Shown one piece after another: positions 36,560 through 45,802 of a stretch of DNA of 52,323 bases. The first letter of the stretch is position 1; the number at the start of each line of letters is the position of its first letter. This stretch comes from an uncultured bacterium (lineage in GTDB: Bacteria > Planctomycetota > Phycisphaerae > Phycisphaerales > UBA1924), in the NCBI GenBank assembly GCA_913062615.1, contig CAJXXI010000001.1:1-52323 (forward strand). Direction: 5' to 3'. The notes beneath the pieces were generated by a model that was not told the origin of the DNA, made no database searches, and saw only the letters and a program-made list of their open reading frames with translations. The translations under genes were made by a program, and so were the position numbers.

Positions 36560-37373
36560 GGGTACGCTGGGTCCAGAACTTGAGCCGATCATAGTTGGTG
36601 AGATCGAAACTCAGTGGCGTGATGGTCACCTTGCCATCGAGCAGTTCGGGGACATCGGTTCCTTGGTCTGCGCCATGGAAATCAAGCCCGCTGCCTGCAG
36701 CCCAGAAGTATCGATCGCCGTTGGGTGCGGTGCGTTCGTCGTACCGATCGATCATCGCGTGGGTATTCATCGGGCAGACAACGATCTCGGCGTCGTCGCG
36801 CAGGCGTCCGGTGGCGGGGATATTGATCGAGAGGACTTCGTGTTGATTGGGAAGCCCGCCGGCGATGACATCATCAAGCACCCGGCGTGCGACACGCGCC
36901 GCGAAGTCGTAATCCGGATTCGGGCGATCGGATTCGAGCTCGCGATCGAGGTGCAGCGAGATGGCGATGGCGGGTATGCCAAGGAATGCGGCCTCGATTG
37001 CTGCAGCGACGGTACCGGAATAGATCACATTGATGCCACAGTTCGCACCCGCGTTCATGCCTGAGATGACCAGGTCTGGGCGTGTTCCTTGCCCGTATTG
37101 TTCTGCCCAGAGGTTTGTCAGTGCGAGTTTGGTGCAGTCAGCTGGTCGCCCATCGACCGCGACTCCCGGGTGGTTGTTGATCTGTGAATCTTTGACCATC
37201 AAAGGCGTGTGGAAGGTGATGCCGTGGGATGTGGCGGATTGAACCGTGAGCGGCGCGACGGTATACACCTCGCCGAGCGGCTCGGGGTGGGTTGGCGATC
37301 CGACGAGCTGTGCGTGGAGAGCTTGAATGCCCGGTGCGTGGATGCCGTCGTCGTTGGTGAGCAGGATCTTCAT
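36552..37373 (-). CDS. surE: 5'/3'-nucleotidase SurE
   Basis: It has MKILLTNDDGIHAPGIQAL, GMNAGANCGINVIYSGTVAAA. Confidence 0.9.
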   Translation of the reverse strand: MKILLTNDDGIHAPGIQALHAQLVGSPTHPEPLGEVYTVAPLTVQSATSHGITFHTPLMVKDSQINNHPGVAVDGRPADCTKLALTNLWAEQYGQGTRPDLVISGMNAGANCGINVIYSGTVAAAIEAAFLGIPAIAISLHLDRELESDRPNPDYDFAARVARRVLDDVIAGGLPNQHEVLSINIPATGRLRDDAEIVVCPMNTHAMIDRYDERTAPNGDRYFWAAGSGLDFHGADQGTDVPELLDGKVTITPLSFDLTNYDRLKFWTQRTQK

Positions 37374-37401
37374 ACGCGAAGGGTAGGCAGAGCGAATGCG
37401 A

Positions 37402-38895
37402 TCAGTCTTGAATCCCCAAGCCGTGTTTGAGCTCGTCTAAGTGGCTTTCGTAGCGTTTGTACTTCTGGACCGAGCTGGTGTACATTGGCTTGCGCACCTG
37501 TTCGCGTGATGCCGTGGAGATGGTTCGCTTTGATGTGTGAAAGTTGAGGATGTCTTGGGACCAATCGAAACCGAGGAACTCCATGACGCGTTTGGACTCG
37601 GCTTCTGGATCGTTGACCAGTTTTTCGTAATGCAGATCGATCATGTCGACCTCGTCGAGCGTGTGCCATGCCTGCATCATGCGTTCGTAATCTCGGTAGT
37701 ACCGCCCGAGCCAAAAGAGATCATGTGTTTGCATGTGCGGGCGAGCGAAGGCTTGGGTGTAGTTTGAGAGCATGCAATCCATCGGGTCGCGTACACAATG
37801 GATGATCTTGCACCCGGGGAACATGTGTGCGATCAGTGGCACATTGGCGTAGTTGTATGGCTGTTTGTCGGTGATCGAGCCGGTGCGTGCGACTTCGTTG
37901 TAATACACCATGGCTTCCTTGGCCATTTTTTGGATCATCTGTTTGGTGTATCGATCGCGCGTATACGCCAGTGATGGTTGGTAGGGGATGTTCGCAGGAT
38001 CGATCGGGGCGACTTGGCGTGTGATCGCGTTCATCTCGCCGCCGGGTGTGATGGCTTTGATTTGGGTGATCATCTGTTCGGTGAGCGATGTGCCAGATCG
38101 CATCATGCCGATGATGAAGATGAGCCGAGAACCATCGATCGTTGAAGTTGGAATCTTGGATCCATTCGTCCAGCAATCGATAAGTTTGTCTACTCGCTTT
38201 GTATAGACATCAGGATTCCATTGTGCTTTTTTAACTTCTTTGGAGGCTTTGTAGGCTATGAACGCTTCGTCGTATTGTTCGAGATGGTCGTTGAGCCGAC
38301 CGGTCTGCCAATGGCCCGCGATCCGGAGCTCGTCGTTGATCAACTCGTCATCAATATACTGTTTTATGTCGTCGATGGATTCTTGAGCATCTCTTACCTT
38401 AGGGGCAAGGCGTGCGCCAGAAATCGCGATCGCGAGCAGGTGGTTGATGTTGTGCTCGTCTTTGGATGTGAGTCGGCGTAAATCGTTCCATGCTTTGTTG
38501 GCATCATTCACGCGATCGAGGTCTGTGAGCACGGAGCATTTGTGGCGGAGGGCATTGAAGTGGTTTGGTTGATAGTACAATGCGCGTTCACATTCGAGCA
38601 ATGACAGATCGAACTTGCCGCCTTTTTTGAGCGCGTAGGCGTAGTCGTATCGTGCGTTGGCGTCTTTATCGTTGCAATCGACGGCTTGTTTGTAGAACGA
38701 GATCGATTCGGCGTGCCGACCTCGCTTGGCGTTTGCCTTGCCCATGAGCATGAGGACTGTTGATTGGCGGGGGTATTTTTTATCGAGTTCGGCGAGTTTC
38801 TTGAGCGGGGTTGCGAACTGGCCCGCCTCGATCGCGTCATTGATCTTTTTGAGCAAGGCAAAGAACTGTTTGCGTTGTTGAGGCGTGAGCGACAT
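37402..38895 (-). CDS. TPR-repeat-containing sulfotransferase (PAPS-dependent)
   Basis: The N-terminal half has TPR-like repeats (AESISFYKQAVDCNDKDANARYDYAYALKKGGKFDLSLLECERALYYQPNH). The C-terminal half has the 5'-PSB loop FIIGMMRSGTSLTEQM and the 3'-PB-like VRDPMDCMLSNY. The start is at MSLTPQQ (38895). Confidence 0.75.
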   Translation of the reverse strand: MSLTPQQRKQFFALLKKINDAIEAGQFATPLKKLAELDKKYPRQSTVLMLMGKANAKRGRHAESISFYKQAVDCNDKDANARYDYAYALKKGGKFDLSLLECERALYYQPNHFNALRHKCSVLTDLDRVNDANKAWNDLRRLTSKDEHNINHLLAIAISGARLAPKVRDAQESIDDIKQYIDDELINDELRIAGHWQTGRLNDHLEQYDEAFIAYKASKEVKKAQWNPDVYTKRVDKLIDCWTNGSKIPTSTIDGSRLIFIIGMMRSGTSLTEQMITQIKAITPGGEMNAITRQVAPIDPANIPYQPSLAYTRDRYTKQMIQKMAKEAMVYYNEVARTGSITDKQPYNYANVPLIAHMFPGCKIIHCVRDPMDCMLSNYTQAFARPHMQTHDLFWLGRYYRDYERMMQAWHTLDEVDMIDLHYEKLVNDPEAESKRVMEFLGFDWSQDILNFHTSKRTISTASREQVRKPMYTSSVQKYKRYESHLDELKHGLGIQD

Positions 38896-38908
38896 ATATT
38901 TCTCGTGT

Positions 38909-39643
38909 TTAGAGCCCGCGTTTGGTTGGGTTGATGACCATGTTGTCACGCCCGCAGATCAATACATCGGCGATCTCGATGGCCTCTTTGAAGCTTTCTT
39001 GGGCAAGTGCGCGATCTGCACAAGTCGGAAGCACCTTGCCTTGGTCGACATGTTCGACGGTTGGGATGGCGTCGCCGCAGACGAGCGTTGTGCGGGTGGG
39101 TTCTGACAAGAGCAATCCACACATGCCCATCGAGTACCCGGGCAACGGGAAGAGATCGACTTCGTTGACAATCGAATCCGGCGCGGGCACACACCGTGAA
39201 AGCACGGCGACATCTCTTTGAATGATCGCGAACATCGCTTCTTGATCCTCATCAAACTGATTGCCGGCGTGTTCTGCCTCTTCTTTGGCTTGGGCGAGGT
39301 TGGCGAGAGATTGGGCGATGGGCACGCCTACGGTTTCACGTTCTTTCTCAGAGATGAGCCATTGGGCTTTGTCGAAGAGTTCGATCCCGCGTCGGCATTC
39401 TGGGTTGAAGCTCGTTAAGAACACATGGGTGATCTGCTCGGGTGTGAGATTGGCGCGTTCGCCGAGCCGGGCTTTGAGGGCGGGCGCGGGCAGCCCTGGA
39501 TCAACAATGATCTTAGCATTGTTGGTCTGGATCAGTGTTGTGGTCGAATGCCCGGTTCGGACAGGGTGTCGTTCATCCCAGATCGGATGGGCCGCGAGGG
39601 TGCCGATGGAAAGAACTCGGATGTCCATACTCTGTGTAGCCAT
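38909..39643 (-). CDS. MBL-fold-like protein with a degenerate metal-binding motif
   Basis: It has the MBL strand order (IIVDPG ... ITHVFLTSFNPECRRG ... LVCGDAI). The position of the canonical HxHxDH reads SFNPEC. The start is 39643 or 39628. Confidence 0.5.
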   Translation of the reverse strand: MATQSMDIRVLSIGTLAAHPIWDERHPVRTGHSTTTLIQTNNAKIIVDPGLPAPALKARLGERANLTPEQITHVFLTSFNPECRRGIELFDKAQWLISEKERETVGVPIAQSLANLAQAKEEAEHAGNQFDEDQEAMFAIIQRDVAVLSRCVPAPDSIVNEVDLFPLPGYSMGMCGLLLSEPTRTTLVCGDAIPTVEHVDQGKVLPTCADRALAQESFKEAIEIADVLICGRDNMVINPTKRGL

Positions 39644-39721
39644 AGGCAAGAGTAGGCATGAAAAAACGGGCGATGCATCATAGGATACATCGCCCGTTGA
39701 CATTTGTGATTGAATGTATAA

Positions 39722-41065
39722 TCAGCTTGTTTCGCCGATGATCATCGCGGCTCCGACGGTGTTGTTGGTCTGCTCATCGACAATAATAAAGCTGCCCGTC
39801 ACTCGGCACTGGCGGTATGGATCAAAGAACAAAGGCTTGGTCGTGCGGATCGATACCCGACCGATCTCGTTGAGCTTGAGTTCGTCAGCTTCTTCGATCC
39901 GGTGGAGGGTCTCAATGTTGAGCTGGTAGTTCAGGTTCTTGATCACACACCGGGCCTCGTTGGAGGTGTGGCGGATGGTGTACTTCTTGCCGACCTTCAT
40001 CGGGGTGTCCGCCATCCAGACGACCATCGCATCGATGTCTTGGCCGGAGATCGGTTTGTTGTGTGTTCGGCAGAGCATGTCGCCACGCGAGATGTCGATA
40101 TCGTCTTCGAGCTGGATCGACACACTCATCGGCGGCGACGCCATCTGCTGTGGATCGCCTCCGATATCGATCGACTTGATCTTTGATTCCATCCCCGATG
40201 GCAAAGCGACGACTTCGTCGCCGACCTGGAAGACGCCCGAGGCAACCTGTCCGCCATACCCGCGATAATCATGGTGCTCGTCGCCCTGCGGGCGAACAAC
40301 CCATTGGACCGGGAAGCGTGGATCGATCATGTCGCGATCGCCCGCGATATGAACATTCTCAAGGTGGTGCAAGAGCGATGGGCCCTGGTACCAATCCATG
40401 TTTTCTGAACGGTTGACGACATTGTCGCCGGTGAGGGCGGACATGGGGATGAAGGTGATGTCGGTGATCTCAAAACGAGCAGCGAACTCTTCAAACTCTT
40501 CGCGGATCTTGTCGTATTTGTCTTGCGACCAATCGACGAGGTCCATCTTGTTCACACACACCACCAGATGCGGGATGCGCAGCAGCGAGGTGATGAAAGA
40601 GTGCCTGCGGGTCTGTTCGATCACACCATGACGCGCGTCGATCAGGATCAACGCGAGGTTGGCTGTCGAAGCGCCGGTGACCATGTTGCGGGTGTACTGA
40701 GTGTGCCCTGGGCAATCTGCGATGATGAACTTACGCTTTGGGGTCGCGAAGTATCGGTAGGCAACATCGATGGTGATGCCTTGTTCGCGTTCGGCGCGGA
40801 GCCCGTCGGTGAGCAGCGCGAGGTCCATGCGTTGATCACCACGCGAGAGCGAGGCAGATTCGGCGGCTTCGAGCTGATCCTCAAAGATCGACTTTGAGTC
40901 ATAGAGCAAACGCCCGATGAGCGTGGACTTGCCGTCATCGACCGAGCCACAAGTCAGGAACCGGAGCAGGTCCATATCGAGATAGGCGTCTGTCGAGAAA
41001 TCCATGCCCTTATTGGCGTTTGGATCGGTCGAGAAGTCGGTTTTGGATGTGGTTTCGGTGGCCAT
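39722..41065 (-). CDS. cysN: Sulfate adenylyltransferase subunit 1 (GTPase)
   Basis: It has RFLTCGSVDDGKSTLIGRLL (G1), DCPGH and NKMD. It is EF-Tu-like with no fused APS kinase domain. Confidence 0.9.
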   Translation of the reverse strand: MATETTSKTDFSTDPNANKGMDFSTDAYLDMDLLRFLTCGSVDDGKSTLIGRLLYDSKSIFEDQLEAAESASLSRGDQRMDLALLTDGLRAEREQGITIDVAYRYFATPKRKFIIADCPGHTQYTRNMVTGASTANLALILIDARHGVIEQTRRHSFITSLLRIPHLVVCVNKMDLVDWSQDKYDKIREEFEEFAARFEITDITFIPMSALTGDNVVNRSENMDWYQGPSLLHHLENVHIAGDRDMIDPRFPVQWVVRPQGDEHHDYRGYGGQVASGVFQVGDEVVALPSGMESKIKSIDIGGDPQQMASPPMSVSIQLEDDIDISRGDMLCRTHNKPISGQDIDAMVVWMADTPMKVGKKYTIRHTSNEARCVIKNLNYQLNIETLHRIEEADELKLNEIGRVSIRTTKPLFFDPYRQCRVTGSFIIVDEQTNNTVGAAMIIGETS

Positions 41066-41068
41066 GTC

Positions 41069-42007
41069 CTAGAAGTACCCTTCTTTTTTGCGATCTTCCA
41101 TCGCGGCTTCATTCGTCTTATCATCAATCCGTGCGCCGCGTTCGGATGCTCGAGCAGCGGCAACTTCAGCAACAATCTCTTCAAGATTCGATGCTGGTGA
41201 ATCCGTCGCGGCCGTACAACTCATATCGCCGACCGTGCGGAAACGCACAGTACGGTTCACAATGGTCTCGCCTTCACGAGCACCAAATGGTGCATCACCA
41301 ACAGGCACAAGCTGGCCTCGGCGTTCGACCACATCACGCTTATGAGAGAAGTAGAGATCTGGGATCTCGATTTCCTCAAGCATGATGTACTGCCAGACAT
41401 CCATTTCCGTCCAGTTCGAGATCGGGAACACGCGGATGTTCTCGCCCATGCGAGAGCGTCCGTTATACAGGTTCCAGAGTTCTGGGCGTTGGTTCTTAGG
41501 GTCCCACTGTCCGAAATCATCACGGAACGAGAAGATGCGTTCTTTAGCGCGAGCCTTTTCTTCGTCGCGGCGAGCGCCGCCGAAGAGGGCGTCGAACTGA
41601 TATTTTTCAATCGCATCAAGCAATGTCGGGATTTGTGCCCGGTTGCGTGATGGGAACGCGCCTGGATCTTCCACAGCATCGCCGCGATCGATCAGATCTT
41701 GAACCTTATGAATGATCAATCGTTCACCGATTTCGTCGACGAACTTGTCGCGAAAATCGAGGGCCTCGGGAAAGTTGTGCCCGGTGTCGATGTGGAGCAG
41801 AGGGAACGGAAACTTTGCTGGCCGGAATGCTTTTTGAGCGAGCCGAACCATAACGATGGAGTCCTTGCCACCTGAGAACATCAGCGCTGGTTTCTCGAAC
41901 TGGGCCGCCACTTCGCGCATGATGTGGATCGCCTCAGCCTCGAGGGCTTTGAGGTGGGTGAGTCGGTAGTGCTCGTGGGCACCGGGTTTTTCTATAGCCG
42001 AGGTCAT
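41069..42007 (-). CDS. cysD: Sulfate adenylyltransferase subunit 2
   Basis: It has LKALEAEAIHIMREV and the PP-loop FSGGKDSIVM. A 3-nt gap separates it from cysN. Confidence 0.9.
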   Translation of the reverse strand: MTSAIEKPGAHEHYRLTHLKALEAEAIHIMREVAAQFEKPALMFSGGKDSIVMVRLAQKAFRPAKFPFPLLHIDTGHNFPEALDFRDKFVDEIGERLIIHKVQDLIDRGDAVEDPGAFPSRNRAQIPTLLDAIEKYQFDALFGGARRDEEKARAKERIFSFRDDFGQWDPKNQRPELWNLYNGRSRMGENIRVFPISNWTEMDVWQYIMLEEIEIPDLYFSHKRDVVERRGQLVPVGDAPFGAREGETIVNRTVRFRTVGDMSCTAATDSPASNLEEIVAEVAAARASERGARIDDKTNEAAMEDRKKEGYF

Positions 42008-42273
42008 GCCAGAAGGTCTCCGCCGGGGTAACTCAGAAAAATCATAAAACGGGCATCAGCATCAATCGCTGTGCAGTTTATATCTGTCTCATCCATCGGC
42101 CGATCTTTCCCGCTCCGAGAGCGGGAAATCAGGATTCGTGAGACTATTGAGCCGAAGTATAGACCATAATCAGACATATTCACGGGCGATAGATGCCCGA
42201 TAATCGTGCTTGTTGAATCGAAGTACGATATTGTCCATCACAAGCCCCATCAGCACCCGCTGGAGACACCGCA

Positions 42274-42930
42274 TTGAGCGATCAAAAACAACCAAAGAAC
42301 GAATCATCGAGCCGCCCAACAAGCCAATCCACCAATATTGTTTGGCATGATGGAGAGGTGTCGCGGGCGGATCGGGCCAAAGTGCTCGGACACCAGGGGT
42401 GTACCCTCTGGCTCACCGGGTTGTCTGGATCGGGCAAATCGACGGTTGGGGTTGCTCTTGAGCATGCTTTAAATGCCCGTGGGGTGCTGGCGTATCGGCT
42501 CGATGGCGACAATGTCCGCCACGGGCTCAATGCCAACCTTGGGTTCGGAGCCGACGACCGCAAAGAGAATATCCGTAGAATTGGGGAGGTCGCCAAGCTT
42601 TTCGCTGATGCGGGCGTGGTGACGATCTCGAGTTTTATCTCGCCCTATCAGGCCGACCGCGACCAGGTCCGCAAGATTCACGAAGACGCCGGGCTTAAGT
42701 TTCTCGAAGTCTTTATCAATACCCCGATCGAAATCTGTGAGCAACGCGATCCCAAAGGGCTGTATAAAAAGGCACGCGCCGGCGAGATCAAAGGATTCAC
42801 CGGCATCGATGATCCGTACGAGCTGCCTAAAGATCCTGAGATTGATCTTAAAACCGGCGAGAACACAATCGAACAATCCGTCGAGCAGCTCGTCGCTGAA
42901 CTAACCAAGCGTGGTTTGATCAACAGCTGA
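42274..42930 (+). CDS. cysC: Adenylylsulfate (APS) kinase
   Basis: It has GCTLWLTGLSGSGKSTV, LDGDNVRHGLN and ISPY. The start is TTG, with GGAGA 7 nt upstream. Confidence 0.9.
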   Translation: MSDQKQPKNESSSRPTSQSTNIVWHDGEVSRADRAKVLGHQGCTLWLTGLSGSGKSTVGVALEHALNARGVLAYRLDGDNVRHGLNANLGFGADDRKENIRRIGEVAKLFADAGVVTISSFISPYQADRDQVRKIHEDAGLKFLEVFINTPIEICEQRDPKGLYKKARAGEIKGFTGIDDPYELPKDPEIDLKTGENTIEQSVEQLVAELTKRGLINS

Positions 42931-42947
42931 GCCGAGCGAGTGCGGGT

Positions 42948-45554
42948 TTATGAATAGATCCTCATCACGCGACGCACAAAGTATCCCGCGATCAGCAGGA
43001 ACACACCCAGGCTCGCGAGCAGCGAGACGCTCGATGGCAATCCAAGTGATACGAGAATCGCCTTTGATGGGATGACCAGCTCGTGTCCAATAAACATCGG
43101 GAGCGAGAGCACGCCGCACGCTGCAAGAATGGCGATGAGTGTGGATGCGATCCCGCTGCGTGGGATGATCGAGAGTATCCGGATCGTCATTCCAAGCATG
43201 AGCACAATCAATCCAAGGTAACCAACGATCAGCGTAATCGGAGGACTGCCCATATCAAGCCATGTGGTGATCTCGTTTGTATCAATCGAGAGCAGCACCG
43301 ATGCAGCGATCATGAGCCCGCCGCCCATCAGATATGTATTTGCTTCGTTGCGGATGTTGTGTACCGATTGGTGAAAATGTGATCCGACAGCCACCCCGAG
43401 CATCACGGTCCCGGTCATCACAAAGTAGTTGTACTTTGCCATGGTCATCAGGCTGATGAGCTCCGCCAACCCACTGTCGTATGTCTTGTGTGTGACAACA
43501 GCTTCTAAGAAAAGATCTATCCCAAAGCACACCGCAGAAACCATCAACGCGCCGCCTACACGCTTGGAGGGGGCACTTAAAAGCCGATGCCAGAACGGGA
43601 TGCTGAGCACCGCGAGCAGGTAATACATCAACACAGAATAGAGCAGAACGCTCGAAATTGGCACGCTTAGATAGTCGCCGGTGAACTTAATTTTGGCGTA
43701 TCTGACGATCGCGAGGATCCCGATGCCGACAGCCACCATGATGGTCGCGATCCGGATTCGTGTCATCACGCCAGAGATATTTTTGTCCATCTGGTGCAAG
43801 AAAAAGTATCCGACGCCAAGCCCGAAGATGATCGCGAACCCCGGTGTCCCCATGCGATAGAGCGGGTTGAGCCATCGGCTGATCTCATCGGCATTGACCG
43901 GGAGTCGTTCCAATAAACCGGGCAAGAAATGGATGCAGATGAGCCAGAGCACGAGCACCCCACGCACACTATTGATTGTATCGCCAGCGATTCGATCGTT
44001 TGTTCGTGGCGCTCGTTGGGCGGTGCCCTCGCGCATCGCATCGTGCGTAGCGACGATCTGGGAGATGGTTTCGCCATCGAATACCCGGGCTGTCACATCA
44101 CGATCGACATGGGCGCGTTCGAGCGAGAGCATGAGTGCGATTGATGAGAGCGAATCGCCGCCGTGCTCGTAGAACGAGGTGTGGAGCGAGACCGTCTCTT
44201 GGCGGAGCACGCTTTGCCATGCTGCGACAAGCTTTGATTCGAGATCATCAGCATCGCCAGAGTGCGCGGGCTGATGGGTTGGTGTTTCAGGGCTCGGCTG
44301 CTCGGGCTGATACAAGCTGGCAAGCTCGGAGCGTTGGACTTTTCCAGACCCGGTCATCGGGAGGGTGTCGACGAGCATTGTGTGCAAGGCGTTGCCGACC
44401 CGAAGCCCCATGTGCTCGAGGGTATCCTTTATGGATTGTTCGACTTGAGCAGCATCGAGCTTTGTCTGGGGTGTGAAGCACACGAGCACACCATCGCCTC
44501 GGATCGGGTCGGGGATGCGTGCGATGGCGATCCCTTGGTGAATATTGAGCCGATCGAAGAGGTGTTGTTCGATTGCTTCTGGGCTGAGCTTGATGCCGCC
44601 GCAGTTGATTTGGTCGTCTGATCGTCCAAGGTAATAGAGGAACCCATCGCGCATCTCACCGAGATCATTCGTTCTCAACCACCCTTGATCGCCAACGATC
44701 GGCACGATGCCGTCTGCGTTGAGTATGCCAGAAGCAATATGTGGGCCTCGGATTTAGATTCGGCCGTCATCTGAAATCCGCACCTTGGCATCGCCGGTGG
44801 GTTGGCCGACGGATTCGAGCGATTCGTCAGAAGCGTATGTGATATCGAGGAATGTTGAGCGTGACGCTTCGGTTAAGCCGTAGTGTTGGACAATTTTGGC
44901 GTTGGGGAAGAGTTCTCGGAGTTGTTGTTTTTCATCGCCAGCCATATATTGGCTTCCGATTTCGATCCAACGCAGCTTTGATCCGTGATCTGAAAAGAGT
45001 TCTGGGTAGGCGAGCAGGGTTCGGATGAGTGTCGGAACCGCTGAAAATGCGTTGATTTCGTCGTTTTCGAGCATCTTGGCGATTTCGACAGGATCGAATC
45101 CACGCTCTGGGATGTAGGTGCTCCCGCCGAGGGCGGCGCATGCTCTCAAGCGTGCGAGTCCAAAGGAATAGCTCGCGGGCACGCCGACATATTCTTTCAC
45201 ACTCGCGTCGAGCTGCATCGCCTCGTTGACACGGACGACAACATCGTTCAAGGCGCGATGACTCAGGGCGATTGCTTTGGGTTGCCCTTCTGTGCCTGAA
45301 GTGAATGTGATTTGGGCGAGATTATCGGTATTGTGAAACCGGGTCTGCTTGTGATGGATCCAACCAAAGCCCTCTTCGGGTTCGATCACTCGTTCAACCT
45401 GTGCGCCTTCGAGCAGGGCGAGCTGCTCTTTGGAGCGGAGGATGACCAATGGTGTCTGCTGGTCGTAGAGCCGGAGCACCTCTTCGATAAACGAACGAGA
45501 GTTGGTCGCCATGATGGCGACGAGGTTGATTGGTGTGGGGTTCAACGCGGACAC
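42948..45554 (-). pseudogene. Adenylation domain - carrier protein - multi-pass membrane acyltransferase(AT3-like) fusion gene, interrupted by a single in-frame TAA (44754-44756)
   Basis: The upstream ORF (44754..45554) carries the AMP-binding core TFTSGTEGQPKAIALSH and ends ...VRISDDGRI*. The same frame continues IRGPHIASGILNADGIVPIVGDQGWLRTNDLGEM...GRSDDQINCGGIKLSPEAIE...GSGKVQR. Next comes a carrier motif (FYEHGGDSLSSIALM), then about 10 TM helices beginning NSVRGVLVLWLICIHF. Confidence 0.7.
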
Positions 45555-45645
45555 TCCTGAATATCGTGAAACCGATTATTTTGTCTCGATCGCCCTGTGG
45601 ATGGTTTATCGAACACATTCTTGATGAACTTGTCACCCTCTGTGA

Positions 45646-45654
45646 TGGTATAAT
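45646..45654 (+). promoter_or_regulatory. Extended -10 promoter-like element TGGTATAAT upstream of the PAP phosphatase gene
   Basis: It matches TGnTATAAT exactly, about 150 nt upstream of the ATG at 45803. The only -35-like hexamer (TTGTCA 45630-35) is spaced 13 nt away, so it is not convincing. Confidence 0.3.
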
Positions 45655-45802
45655 CTCTCTGAATCATGTTCGCTCTTCCATTGTGCATTTGGACACCGCG
45701 ATCACAGGCAAAAACAGGGTGAAGAAGATGGAGTTCATCGACTCATTGGCCGATGATTCCATCGGCCAAAACCGCCCAGATTACCCAGCAAAAGAGGAAG
45801 TC

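Noticed and set aside
39722-42930. cysDNC as a plain assimilatory sulfate-reduction operon
   Set aside because: No cysH, cysI or cysJ is in the window. A sulfotransferase and a PAP phosphatase are co-located. A PAPS-for-sulfation role therefore seems the better reading, although assimilatory genes could be elsewhere in the genome.
44754-44756. The in-frame stop as selenocysteine or pyrrolysine recoding
   Set aside because: The codon is TAA, not TGA (Sec) or TAG (Pyl), and I see no SECIS-like hairpin immediately downstream. Nonsense mutation, sequencing error or generic readthrough remain the options.
45530-45802. A 5' extension of the PAP phosphatase ORF to 434 aa
   Set aside because: The extension has no similarity to the inositol monophosphatase fold. 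It would overlap the divergent A-domain gene start. A strong RBS precedes the internal ATG at 45803.
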